Shown one piece after another: positions 10,582-21,729 of a stretch of 37,503 nt of DNA (within the stretch, counting starts at the first letter, position 1; the number at the start of each line of letters is the position of its first letter). This DNA is from Nemertoderma westbladi. Taxonomy: Eukaryota; Animalia; Xenacoelomorpha. The stretch spans positions 1-37,503 of the forward strand of contig JAUCBJ010000944.1 of the NCBI GenBank assembly GCA_032718475.1, given 5' to 3'. The notes below the pieces were generated by a model. The model did no database searches. It was given only the letters and a program-made list of their open reading frames with translations, and had not been told where the DNA came from. The position numbers and the translations under genes are program-made.

Positions 10582-11914
10582 CCCAGTTAAACATGAACTT
10601 ATGTTTCATATGTGGTATATATATGTTGTATGGAATAGGTGTGTCTGGAAATTGGGTTTTTATGCTCATGTATGAATAATACATGTCACCCATGCGGTGT
10701 TACATACACTTAGAATGCATACATACACTGCTATTTAACCATATAATGTATAGTCAATACATAGGCCTGCTATAAGGTTTAAATGATCTGTGAAGGCTGT
10801 ATGGACACTAAATTGAAGTAACCATATATAGTCGATCGTCCAATTGTTTTGTTTATTGCATTTGAGGGCTGGTGGTGGGACATATTCTTAAAATGATAGG
10901 CATTTCATAGTCTGATCCTGCAATCTTTCTTCTTAACCACGTCGTGTTGCTTGCAGTTTGGCTAATGAATCGCAAACTATTTTATATTTTACCCATAACA
11001 GCATAATGCGTTGCATAAGCCTACCGCTTATCATAGTCCACTCAATTGTTCAGTGATGCAGTGTGTGACTTGCCTGCTTTCTGCCTCGCACTATGCACAT
11101 TGTGCTGTGCATGTGCATTGTACAGTGCTGTATTAACAGAATTAGACAAACATATGTATGGCTGTACGGTGGTTTCCACTTGTCAGGTTGTGGTTGTGCA
11201 TTGTCATCTGCGCTGCTAAGTATCAGTAAGGGGTACAGACAAAGACTGATAACATACATGCACTATACCATCCGTAAGGTAGGCAGGCCTATTGCAGTTC
11301 TTATCCCGTAAAAAATTGAACATATGTTTCATATGTGGTATATATATGTTGTATGGAAAAGATGTCTTAAAATTAGATATAAAATATCATATGAGCAATT
11401 ATATGATCTTAGAATTAATTAATTTTCGAAGATTTATCAAAATGAATACTCTATTATAGCTTAAAATTAGATAACTTAATTAAATCTAACTAATAGAATA
11501 CGAATTTACGGATCATCACCAAAATCTATTAAGGATACTCTCATATCACTATGGATTAAATATTTTCATATATACTCCGATGCTTCCTTCTCTAAATGTA
11601 TAGGGTAGGTGTAGGGCCGTAGGATAGGGTGTAGGATTGGCAGATTGGATAGGATATGGTACTGAGGTAGGCTACCCCCCCCCCCCCCGCCCCACCTCTC
11701 TATAGGAAATGCAGACCAACACCAGTGATTGGTTGGTCTGTTTAAATTTTTACTCTTTTTGTCGCACTTGTCACATAAAAAACATATGTGTATCACATGT
11801 GAACATTCCACATATGGATCACATTTGACAACACTGTAACATTTACATATATGTATCACATGTCGAATTATTTATGGCAACCATATATGAAACACATACT
11901 CATGTTTAACTGGG
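10582..11914. mobile_element. Non-autonomous CMC/EnSpm-type DNA transposon nested in the BEL leader
   Basis: Perfect 15-bp TIR CCCAGTTAAACATGA / TCATGTTTAACTGGG, imperfect to ~35 bp. 2-bp TSD GT. Subterminal sequence is repeated internally at ~11318-11358. Confidence 0.85.
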
Positions 11915-12772
11915 GTAGTCCAACTGATATTTAGACCAAATTGTTGTATGGCAGGCCTACTATTTATAAATCGTTTGAGTTGATTTATAATATATATACC
12001 CGTTTAATGGGTTTTTGTCAATATTTGAAATAAATGTTATTATTTCTGGGGGGAGTCACTACACAGAAGCTGTGCGCTCTCAGTGAAGTGCTACTTGTTG
12101 GACACTAAAACAAATAATTCTAATTTACCTAAGTTACTTAATACTACAAATTACGTACAATTCGGGGTGAGATTACAATCTCTAAATAAACACAAAAATT
12201 TACTAGTACGAATTTTTAGGGTAATTTTACAAGAAGTCTACAAACCAGCCTAACAAAGGGTTAGAATATCTGGTTATTACAATGGACAGGGTACTACGGT
12301 ATTTGAAATAATAAGTAGTAGTAAATATACTGCGTTGTCCAGATAGGAAAATACCACCATCTGACGACTTATAGCCGTATCGCTATAAGTACTACGTTAT
12401 GTATCATGGAGTGTTCCTACCTAGAAGTTAATTACCGCGGTCTACCAGAACCAACGTGCCTATTAACCACTTTACAACACAAATATACTGCCTACACACT
12501 AATCACCTTCGGAAAGCACTGTACACTAAACCCTAAATTAGGTACAAGTACTTATACAACAAATAATCAGTAGTTAAAAATACTTGAACAGCCAAAAGAA
12601 CCACGGTATCTGCTGGAGTGACCGGGGCACAAAATCACCAGTCTTTACCTACGCCAAGCAGCCCTGATGTAGTACCGGGGTTAGTTTAACTATAACGGTA
12701 TATATAACAAGCACAATTACTGTAGGAATAAACTTGGGGATATGAATGTTGCGAATAATCGCATAAACTCTG

Positions 12773-13350
12773 AATAATAAATATTACGCTACGCGTACAG
12801 ACTACTCAAACAAAATGCAGACCAAATACTGACAGACTACTATCAAGCCCAAACAAACTACGGTATATGCAGACTCCGAAATGGTTAGTTAGTATGCGTT
12901 CTAACCGAGTAGTACGACTTATTCTTTCGAGGGGGTTTACCTCACAGCTCTGGAAGCCCCTACGTTCCCAACTGGCACTTTATCAGACATACACTCTACA
13001 CACACCGAAATCTCTCAAGACCTAACAACAGCCAGACAAAATCCAGCCTACAAATTATCTAAATAAGAAATATTACGCTACCCGTACAAACTACACAAAT
13101 AAAGTACAGACCAAATGCTGGCAGACTACTATCAAGCCTAAATAAACTACAGTATATGCAGACTCCGAAATGGTTAGTTAGTATGCGTTCTAACCGAGTA
13201 GTATGACTTATTCTTTCGAGGGGGTTCACCTCACAGCACTGGCAGCCCCTACTTTCCTAACTAGTACTTTTTCGGACATACGCTCTACACACACTACAGT
13301 CCCTTCAGACTTAACAACAGTCAGACAACAGTCCAGCCTACAAATTATCT
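12773..13350. repeat. ~289-bp tandem duplication in the BEL 5' leader
   Basis: 12773-13060 and 13062-13350 align from TATTACGCTAC to TCCAGCCTACAAATTATCT. Confidence 0.9.
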
Positions 13351-13696
13351 GTACAATCTGAGCAGGCTTACACGCCTTCTGCTCAATATTAGCCTACAAA
13401 TAAATAAAACTGACAGAAATAGGCCTAAGTAAAATCCCAATAAAAACCAGGCGTCCCCGATTAATTATTAAGAACTACCGGTATATAATAATCAAAATCG
13501 AATAATACTGCTGTACCTGTACTGCTGTAGGTACCGGTCCGGGTGGTTAGGTAGTCAGGCCTACTGGGTACCGGTTGCCGGTACTTCAGCTTTATTGCCT
13601 ACCGCAATACAGAAGCTATATCTGTTATTGTTCTTACCAGAACAATAGTAAACTGTATTTATTGCCTACACTGCAATCAGAATATATAACTGTTAC

Positions 13697-14165
13697 TGTT
13701 CGCGCTTTTAAGACCTTTGGCAGTTTAACCCGCCAAATCTATATGTCTTCTAGGTTATAAATCGACGTTAGCCTATGACAAGTATTTGACACAAATAAAT
13801 CCAACATTAGCCGAAGCCAGTCTATGCGCGACCATTCACCCGCTGGATATACCCGGGAGACTGGATTTGGATGCTTTAATTTGATTGTGGTGCAGGCCTA
13901 CCGTACTATTCGATTGATCGTTAATATAATTCCTGACAAATATCATTCACTTTCGGGAAATATTAGCAGTTCCTTTAGGACGTGGCGCTCTATCTATATA
14001 AACAGAGCTATGGCTTACACTAAACACAACGGAATGGATTATAAGTTACACATAAGGCGCATTCTTTAGGAGATGCTTTGTTACGCGGACAAGCACATAC
14101 AGACTATTGCACACCGCTGCACACTGAATTGCCGATAGTCACTGATTTTAATCATATATAAAGAG
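13697..14165 (-). repeat. 5' LTR of the BEL/Pao element (outer part probably truncated)
   Basis: Direct repeat of 4540-5008. Homology stops abruptly after ATATATAAAGAG without a canonical terminus. Confidence 0.85.
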
Positions 14166-14397
14166 AATAGCAACCGACATTTGTAGGGCCTATAAAATAG
14201 CATTCAATTCACTACAAACCACGATAATATAAGTCGCAATTGCTATATGTAACCGGTCTCTCTAACCTTAGTGTATCAAGAAGATCGGGGTTTCTGATCG
14301 TTTATCGTTATTCTCCAAATAACAATATGTAAACAACTGATACAATTAATAACAAACAGTAAATAGCAGTAAATCATGTGCAATACAGCAGTAGGTG

Positions 14398-14430
14398 CCG
14401 TACCGTACCGTACCGTACCGTACCGTACCG
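14398..14430. repeat. (CCGTA)n microsatellite
   Basis: About six perfect pentamer units. Confidence 0.9.
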
Positions 14431-14893
14431 GTCCACTGCGGTAACAGTTATGTGTTCTTATAATTAAAGTCGTTCTAATGTTGGAATAATTCAGAATAAT
14501 TCCATGGCCGATGTTCTAGGCTTTGGAAAAACCAACACACTGAACCCTGTGAGCTGTTGCAGGTAGCTTTCAACACAAAGAGGAAAAGCTCTCATTGGCA
14601 GAGCTCCATATTCCACAGATTCCACGAATGTCTAAATGCCGAACTATTCGGGTTTTTGCAGCCCTTAGCCAACACACAGGATGAATCACTCTGCTTGGTT
14701 GACCTTGCTCTGGTTGGTTGATCGAACAGAACAAAGAGGCCATACGTACAGCAAATCAGCCAATCAGCCGGTAGCTTGCATCATTTGAGTTAGGGAGTTT
14801 TTCTTTAGAGTATTTGAGCGCATTGAGGGAAACTGGATTGCGAAGCAAAAGGGCCAGTTATATCCCACAAAAGCTTTTACAAAGTCTAACAGG

Positions 14894-15189
14894 AGAGATG
14901 TGGAGAGAGGCATTGTTTCCACGAGTTTAGGGAGAGATGTGGAGAGAGGCATTGTTTCCACGAATTTTGGGAGAGATGTGGAGAGAGGCATTGTTTCCAC
15001 GAGTTTTGGGAGAGATATGGAGAGAGGCATTGTTTCAACGAGTTTAGGGAGAGATGTGGAGAGAGGCATTGTTTCCACGAGTTTAGGGAGAGATGTGGAG
15101 AGAGGTATTGTTTCCACGAGTTTGGGAGAGATATGGAGAGAGGCATTGTTTCAACGAGTTTAGGGAGAGATGTGGAGAGAGGCATTGTT
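14894..15189. repeat. 39-bp minisatellite, left array (~7.5 units)
   Basis: Unit AGAGATGTGGAGAGAGGCATTGTTTCCACGAGTTTAGGG, head-to-tail with no spacers. Confidence 0.95.
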
Positions 15190-15417
15190 GTGGGGATTAC
15201 TCACAGGATCAGAAAACAATTACTGTAGTGTAATGAACTACTATAGTTCATATATTAATTAATTCTTCTTCATCGTTATGCATACTGTCCTACTACCTCT
15301 AACTGCACAGCTGTGTAACATACAATTATCTCCTACTGCACAGCTGACTAATCAGTTGTATATTATAATTAATCAATATAATTAATGTGATTAAATTACA
15401 TATTGGTTACTCTAACA
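15186..15417 (-). repeat. 3' LTR of the Gypsy element (~232 bp)
   Basis: TGTT...AACA termini, preceded on the minus strand by PPT AGGAAGGGGGG (15421-15432). No partner LTR in the window. Confidence 0.7.
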
Positions 15418-15563
15418 TGACCCCCCTTCCTAATTGTGGAGCACATTATTAAATAAATATTTACACTAAATATGAGATAAACAAGAGTATCATTAAAGGC
15501 TCATTAAAGTAAGACTGAACCTAATGAGATTGAAAGTGAAATAGACTAAAAAATAACTGATTA

Positions 15564-16760
15564 CTATAACCTAAAAGTTACTGTTTTCTTAATAACATAA
15601 TTATTGCGATCGTCTAATTTTTGAGGTTTCACTACAGGCTTTATTCTATCTAGAGACAATGTTTCTTCACCTTTATGAATTTTAATTTTGACTGTTTTCG
15701 CTGTTTTACTAATTAATTCGTAAGGTCCTTTGTATAAAGGATTTAGTGAAGATCGCTTAATAGGATCCCGAACCCACACGTGTGTAGCATTCTCAAGCGA
15801 TTGTGGAAGGTATGATTTAGTCAAATGTTTTCTCTCTGGTGGGTTAAATTTATCAACTTTCCGGAATAAATTTTCAACAAAATTGGGCAACGTTTGGTCT
15901 AAGGTATTTGATTCAGGTAGAAAATATTGACCTGGGAGGAGTAATTCAGTTCCGTACATCAATTGGGCCGGAGAAAATCCATGTATTCCTATTGCGGATC
16001 GCAAACCTAAAAGCACTAAAGGTAGTAGTTCTCTAAACCATGTTCTACTGCAAAATTTTGCCCTAAGTGATGCTTTAAGACTCCTATGAAATCGTTCGAC
16101 AAGGCCATTACAGGAAGGGTGATATGCAGTAGTACGTGCGCGATCAATTCCTAATTGTGAAATCAGGGCGGAGAATAAAGCTGATTCGAATTGTGAACCA
16201 CGGTCAGTAACTATTTTGCGGGGAATACCGAATCGACTTATCCAAGAATTTAAGAAAGCAGTAGCTACTGTATCTGCAGTTATATTTCTTAAAGGTACTA
16301 CTTCTTGCCATCTGGTGTATCTATCTACCGCTGTGAATAAGTATTTATAGCCATTGGATGGAGGTAATGGACCTACGATATCTATATGTACGGTGTCTAA
16401 CCTAGATGAAGTAGGTATTGTGTCTATTGGAGTTTTAATATGGCGTGTAATTTTACAAGTTTGGCAATGCTGACATTCGTTAGCCCAAACTTTTACCTGC
16501 TTTTTAACACCTGGCCATTTAAAACGAGCGGTAACTAAATGTGACGATTCTTTGTGACCTGGATGGGATAAATTGTGAATACTGTCAAAAATTTGGCGTC
16601 TTAATGTCATCGGAATATATGGTCTTAGATGGGGCGTAGAGTCATCGTAAACTACCTCTTTGTCGCCAAGAACTTTCACTCTTTTTAAAGGTAAATTAGT
16701 TGAGCGGAAAAATGATTGTAAGTCACTATCAGCTGATTGTGCGTCGGCTAATTCTTCCAA
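15564..16760 (-). CDS. Gypsy integrase portion of pol
   Basis: HHCC (IHNLSHPG...CQHCQ), DDE core (VHIDIVGP, TDRGSQF, NGLVERFHRSLK) and GPY module (YKGPYEL). Confidence 0.92.
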   Translation of the reverse strand: MEELADAQSADSDLQSFFRSTNLPLKRVKVLGDKEVVYDDSTPHLRPYIPMTLRRQIFDSIHNLSHPGHKESSHLVTARFKWPGVKKQVKVWANECQHCQTCKITRHIKTPIDTIPTSSRLDTVHIDIVGPLPPSNGYKYLFTAVDRYTRWQEVVPLRNITADTVATAFLNSWISRFGIPRKIVTDRGSQFESALFSALISQLGIDRARTTAYHPSCNGLVERFHRSLKASLRAKFCSRTWFRELLPLVLLGLRSAIGIHGFSPAQLMYGTELLLPGQYFLPESNTLDQTLPNFVENLFRKVDKFNPPERKHLTKSYLPQSLENATHVWVRDPIKRSSLNPLYKGPYELISKTAKTVKIKIHKGEETLSLDRIKPVVKPQKLDDRNNYVIKKTVTFRL

Positions 16761-16789
16761 ATTGTCGAATGAAATGGCACATATAGGAC

Positions 16790-17788
16790 GAGAAGGGCGT
16801 CAGCCACAATATTATCGGAACCAGAAACATGTTCAATCTTACTTGTGAACTCTGAAATGTAGGATAACCATCTAGATTGTTGTGGCGAAGGATTTTTCAT
16901 TGTTAAACTATGAACAAGAGGTTTATGGTCTGTAAAAATTGTTATTTCTTGGCCAAGTAACCAATCGCGTTGTTTTAATGCTGCATAAATTCCAAGAAGT
17001 TCTCGATCAAAAGCTGATTTATTTGATTCTGCTGCTGTTAATTTTCTAGAATAGAAGGCTAATGGCTCTGCTCTCCCGTTAACCAACTGATGAATAACTG
17101 CACCTAAAGCAATTGAAGAAGCATCTGTTGTTATACTTAGAGGTGCTCCTTTCAAAGGGAAAGACAGAGTTATTGACTTTTCTAAAGCTTTTTTAAATTG
17201 CTAAAGGCAAGTTGCGCATCTAAAGTAAGTTCAAAATTTTCGTTTTTGAACTTATTTATTTTTCTAGTGTGGTCGGTGAGTGGTGCAGCTATAATGAAAA
17301 ATTTGGTATGAATCGGTGGTAAAATCCACACATTCCCAAAAATCGACGCAATGAAGAAATAGATTTGGGTTGTGGTACTTCTTTTATCGCTTGAATTTTG
17401 GATGGATTTGGGGAAACGCCATTTTTAGATATCACGTAACCTAAAAATTGCACTTCAGTTTGAAAATATGAACACTTTGATAATTTGGCTTTCAAACCGT
17501 AACTCTCAAATCGTTTTAGTACTGCCTCCAGGTCCTTAAAATGTTGTTCTTCGTTTGGGCTTGCGATTAATATATCGTCAATGTAACCCACAGCAAAAGG
17601 TAAACCTGAAAGAGCAGTATCTATTAATCGTTGAAAGGTTTGGCTTGCGTTTTTGAGAACAAAAGGCATTCTTTTAAAACAAAACATACCAAAAGGTGTA
17701 GTAATAGCAGTTTTTTTTACGTCATCATCCGCCATAGGAATTTGGTAAAAAGCTTTTTCGAGATCTATTTTTGTAAAGACGGTGCAGC
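16790..17788 (-). pseudogene. Gypsy reverse transcriptase and RNase H portion of pol, frameshifted
   Basis: FTKIDLEKAFYQIP, KTAITTPFG, GYIDDILI, LRRFLGMCGFY; RNase H TTDASSIALGAV, DRELLGI, FTDHKPL, NIVADAL. Three -1 shifts near 17292, 17192 and 16792. Confidence 0.9.
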
Positions 17789-17798
17789 GCGACGGCGC

Positions 17799-18190
17799 AG
17801 AGATGTGGAGAGAGGCATTGTTTCCACGAGTTTAGGGAGAGATGTGGAGAGAGGCATTGTTTCCACGAGTTTAGGGAGAGATGTGGAGAGAGGCATTGTT
17901 TCCACGAGTTTAGGGAGAGATGTGGAGAGAGGCATTGTTTCCACGAGTTTAGGGAGAGATGTGGAGAGAGGCATTGTTTCCACGAGTTTAGGGAGAGATG
18001 TGTAGAGAGGCATTGTTTCCACGAGTTTAGGGAGAGATGTGGAGAAAGGTATTGTTTCCACGAGTTTGGGAGAGATGTGGAGAGAGGCATTGTTTCCACG
18101 AGTTTATAGGGAGAGATGTGGAGAGAGGCATTGTTTCCACGAGTTTAGGGAGCGATGTGGAGAGAGGCATTGTTTCCACGAGTTTTGAGG
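17799..18190. repeat. 39-bp minisatellite, right array (~10 units)
   Basis: Same unit and orientation as 14894-15189. Confidence 0.95.
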
Positions 18191-19165
18191 AGTAAGGCAA
18201 CGATTTTGAACATTTCTTCGGCGAAGATCGTGAAATTTCGCAAACGTCGCTATTTTTGCAAAGATTGCGAAAGTCGCGAAATTTCAGGAATGTTGCGGGT
18301 TCACCTATACTAAATATTAACTTTCATATGATATTATAAGAAAACGCGATGCATTTTTCGGTAAATTAGCCAACCTCAGGCAAGAATTTTCATTTGTAAC
18401 TCCTGGAATGCTTATTCACATACATAAACTTTATTGCAGAAACTGTTTTTATGGCAATCATGTTTGAGATATTTGGACCGACCATTGTAGTCGGGTTTTT
18501 ACAACTTGGAATAATAATGTTAGAGCGGTTTGGTGGTTATCTTATAATTATCACAAATTCATAGTAGAACTGTAGAAGGAATCGTTGACTGCATTCATCC
18601 CAAAGTATTTCATGTAAACGTTTCCTAAATTTTGCAAATAGTGTAAAATAGTTCATCTGACAGATTATGTGTGAGGTTTCTGGCCTCGCTTTTCATGTTT
18701 GATTGTAATACAGTTAGTGGTAATAACGTATGGGCAATGGTTGTAATATTTCCGAATTGCAGTTCCTTAATCCTACTATTGTTTCTAACATGCATTATGC
18801 AATACCACCTAGTAATGCTGGGTGGCGTATAAATTTTGTAGATAATTTATGTAGTACCTTAGGTCGAGGGAACGAGATACTTGAAGTTCCTAGGTTTTCA
18901 TTTGAAGAGTTAAAAACCTTGTTAGATTTCGTGTCATTCCGGAAAAACGTAAAAACAACCGAAAGACAACAAAACAAGCTGGAAATAATTGTGTTGTTTA
19001 ATATTTATTTAGGTAAAACCGCGCAGTGCTTTGGAAAACAAAACTATTGTTTATGACAAACGAACAAAATTTTTAAATGAATTAACAGATTCTACAGAGG
19101 GTTTAGAAAATGGGGCTTCGACTTTTTGCGGGTTAAACAAATACCATTATTTAATACTTGTTAAA

Positions 19166-20010
19166 GGATAGTTATAAAACCCGAAAAAAACGAAAAGGAC
19201 GAAATTATTAACGAAAATATCGAAATTATAAAACTTTAAATAAAATCTATCTTTCCAGTGAGATCGGTATTATTAGAAGGCACACTTTACATTTTTTAAT
19301 TAATAAAATCCGATAATTTCGCCCCATTTTCGACCCTAAAAGTAATTTAATACCAAATACTGGCTCTGCTGATTGGTTGTTAGGGGTGATCCAATGATTG
19401 CAAAACACCACAAGATGGCGCTCAAATTAGGACAGTACAGTCAGAGTGTAGGCCTACTGCAGTTATAGCGACTGCTGGACTGCAATTCTGTAGTTACGTT
19501 CACCTGTTCACATCCGCCGCGCCGCGTCACTTGCCTGACAGTCACTGTAGGCCTACAGTGCACACCTAGGCCAGGTAGCGCTAAAGGTACCGTATGCCGT
19601 AATGCAAACAACATTTCATATGGGAATTACATCGTTGCAGTATTGGGTTAGGGTACCGGACAGCTTCTTTCAACTTTGCCGCTTCAGGCTGTACCGTACC
19701 ATATGCTTTTACTGTACAGTAATACACCAGTAGGCCCCTATACTGATCTGTTGATGCTGAGTCATTCATCCAAGCTGCCATTATTGGTCAACACCCAACA
19801 ACCAACCAGTAGACAGTATTTGGTATTAAATTACTTTTAAGGTCGAAAATGGGGCGAAATTATCGGATTTTATTAATTAAAAAATGTAAAGTGTGACTTC
19901 TAATTATACTCATCTTATTGGAAAGCGAGATTTTGTAGATTGTTTGATAATTTTGATATTTTCGCTGATAAATTCGTATTTTTCGTTATTTTCGGGTTTT
20001 ATAACTATCC
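19166..20010. mobile_element. Non-autonomous Mutator-like element (MULE)
   Basis: ~215-bp imperfect TIRs beginning GGATAGTTATAAAACCCGAAAA. Perfect 9-bp TSD CTTGTTAAA at 19157-19165 and 20011-20019. Confidence 0.9.
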
Positions 20011-21729
20011 CTTGTTAAACGTTACTATAAATCAGTCACGGGTAAATTTGACAAGTTTAATTTACTATTTTTGACTAGAAAAAGATAACAATTACATTCA
20101 GTTATAATACAATTTATACATATACAATATAATTAACAATATAATACATAATACATTTATAATACGTTCTTTATTTATAATCTGAAAAATATATATTTTC
20201 GCTCTAAAATTGGTAAACTATTGTGCAAAAAAGTAAGCTTTTAACTATTTTATATTTCACTATTAATACTTTATGTCACTAAATTAATCATAGAAAATGC
20301 GAAAGATACTGTAGCTCAGTCGGCAAAGTGCAGCAGCTATGTTATTTATTGGACTCGACGCCCGCGGCATTTGTAAATAATTTGACCTGACATAACAATA
20401 GTTGTCGGGTGTAAACGCTACACCGCCAACCAAAGCAAAACAATTACAAACAATAAATTATAAACGCTAATTAATATAGGCTATTTGTGAATTGAAGGAA
20501 AGGATCGTCTATATACAGTGGAACGTTATTCTAACCAAAACAATAAACGAGAGTCAATTGTTTTCATACTATTCTCTCTGAAGAATACCAGATTTTCATT
20601 TTTCGGTCGAAAGTTTTTAGCTTTTTTATATATGAAGTATTTGTATTGTTTTTAATTTATCCTTATTAGGTGTTTTATAGGGCTTATTTCTATCTTATAT
20701 CCTGTACAGATACTAATTGGTTTATTGTTTTGGCAATTTCTGAAGTCGGGTGTTAATGGAGATGACCAGATATTGAAATGTACAATAGTCCTATTTTATA
20801 ACCCAATGCTGGTCGGTCCCTTATATTGGGAACGTAATCGTGTTTTCCGAATCCATTTAGACCACACTCCTCTGTGGTGACAATGTCCAAGAAGGCAACA
20901 ATCAATGGGACAGCATATGTGACCACATTTAGTAACGCATTAATTATTGTTCTGACCCAAAAACAAGTGATCGATTTTCCTAAACTAATACTAAATTAAT
21001 ACTTTAATTGTGGTTCTGGCCAACATGTTGCAGATTCAACATCGATTTGGAAAGTACACAGCTGCGAATTTAGATGTTTCGGGGAGTATTCGTTGGCATT
21101 CGTAATATGTTTTGAGTATTGAACGATGTGTAAGTGTTACACGTCATGTACACTGTGGGTGCCTTTCATTCTCATGTCCGGCACCCCATTGGAATTAAAC
21201 TGGAATAAGCTTTAGGGGCAATTCGATTTTATGTTGGACTAATGGTATTAATAATTTCATCAATCAAGTTACAACGCCGCCAATCGTCCGCAAAAAACAT
21301 TGCGTTGACGGACAAACAGAAGGAATTGCTCTACGGCAGCCAATCAGAAGAACGAGAGTTGTACAATTAAATTTAAGAGAACTCAGCGCCACTTAACGTT
21401 CTCTCCCGTCACTGCTATTGCGGAGATTATCTGGCTGTTGACAAACTTCCGAGGATCAGCCAATAACTTTCCTTCTCCTGCCCCTTAAAGACACCGGACT
21501 TTAGAATGCCACATAATTTGGAAGGTGATACCAGGTGGTTTGGTTTTGGGAAGGTCAGAAATTAACGAAAGGCAACTCCCGATTGAAGTTCCTCCACCAC
21601 AATGGGTCCGTCATCGATCGATCCCAATGCAGAAAGATCTACAACACACCGGCACAGCATTCTCAAAAATGCAGCTGCAATGCAGCACGACGATACTAGT
21701 AGTAGTAGTAATGCAGCCGCGTCTCGGCA

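Larger units (their letters stand above)
4540..14165 (-). mobile_element. BEL/Pao LTR retrotransposon derivative, non-autonomous (gag-protease retained, pol mostly deleted)
   Basis: Paired 469-bp direct repeats, both starting TG on +, flank a BEL-type gag-PR ORF. A purine-rich tract GGAGTGGGTG follows the stop codon. Confidence 0.9.
15186..17788 (-). mobile_element. 5'-truncated Ty3/Gypsy LTR retrotransposon (RT-RNase H-integrase-PPT-LTR)
   Basis: Domain order RT>RH>IN. Gag, protease, the RT N-terminus and the 5' LTR are absent. Confidence 0.92.

Noticed and set aside
14764-15185. ORFs reading ETMPLSTSLPKLV / RDVERGIVSTSLG (also 17631-18099)
   Set aside because: These are by-products of a stop-poor unit whose length is a multiple of three; open in several frames on both strands.
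14894-18190. 39-bp repeats next to RT/integrase as a CRISPR-like array
   Set aside because: Units are head-to-tail with no unique spacers, no cas genes are present, and the adjacent genes are standard Gypsy pol.
19161-20018. Kolobok/piggyBac-type TTAA target for the long-TIR element
   Set aside because: A perfect 9-bp duplication CTTGTTAAA explains both flanks better.
20309-20370. tRNA-like start GTAGCTCAGTCGG
   Set aside because: A box only; no convincing B box or cloverleaf.
20730-21700. GC-richer stretch as a possible LINE 3' end or host exon
   Set aside because: No recognisable protein motif or consistent frame found by eye.
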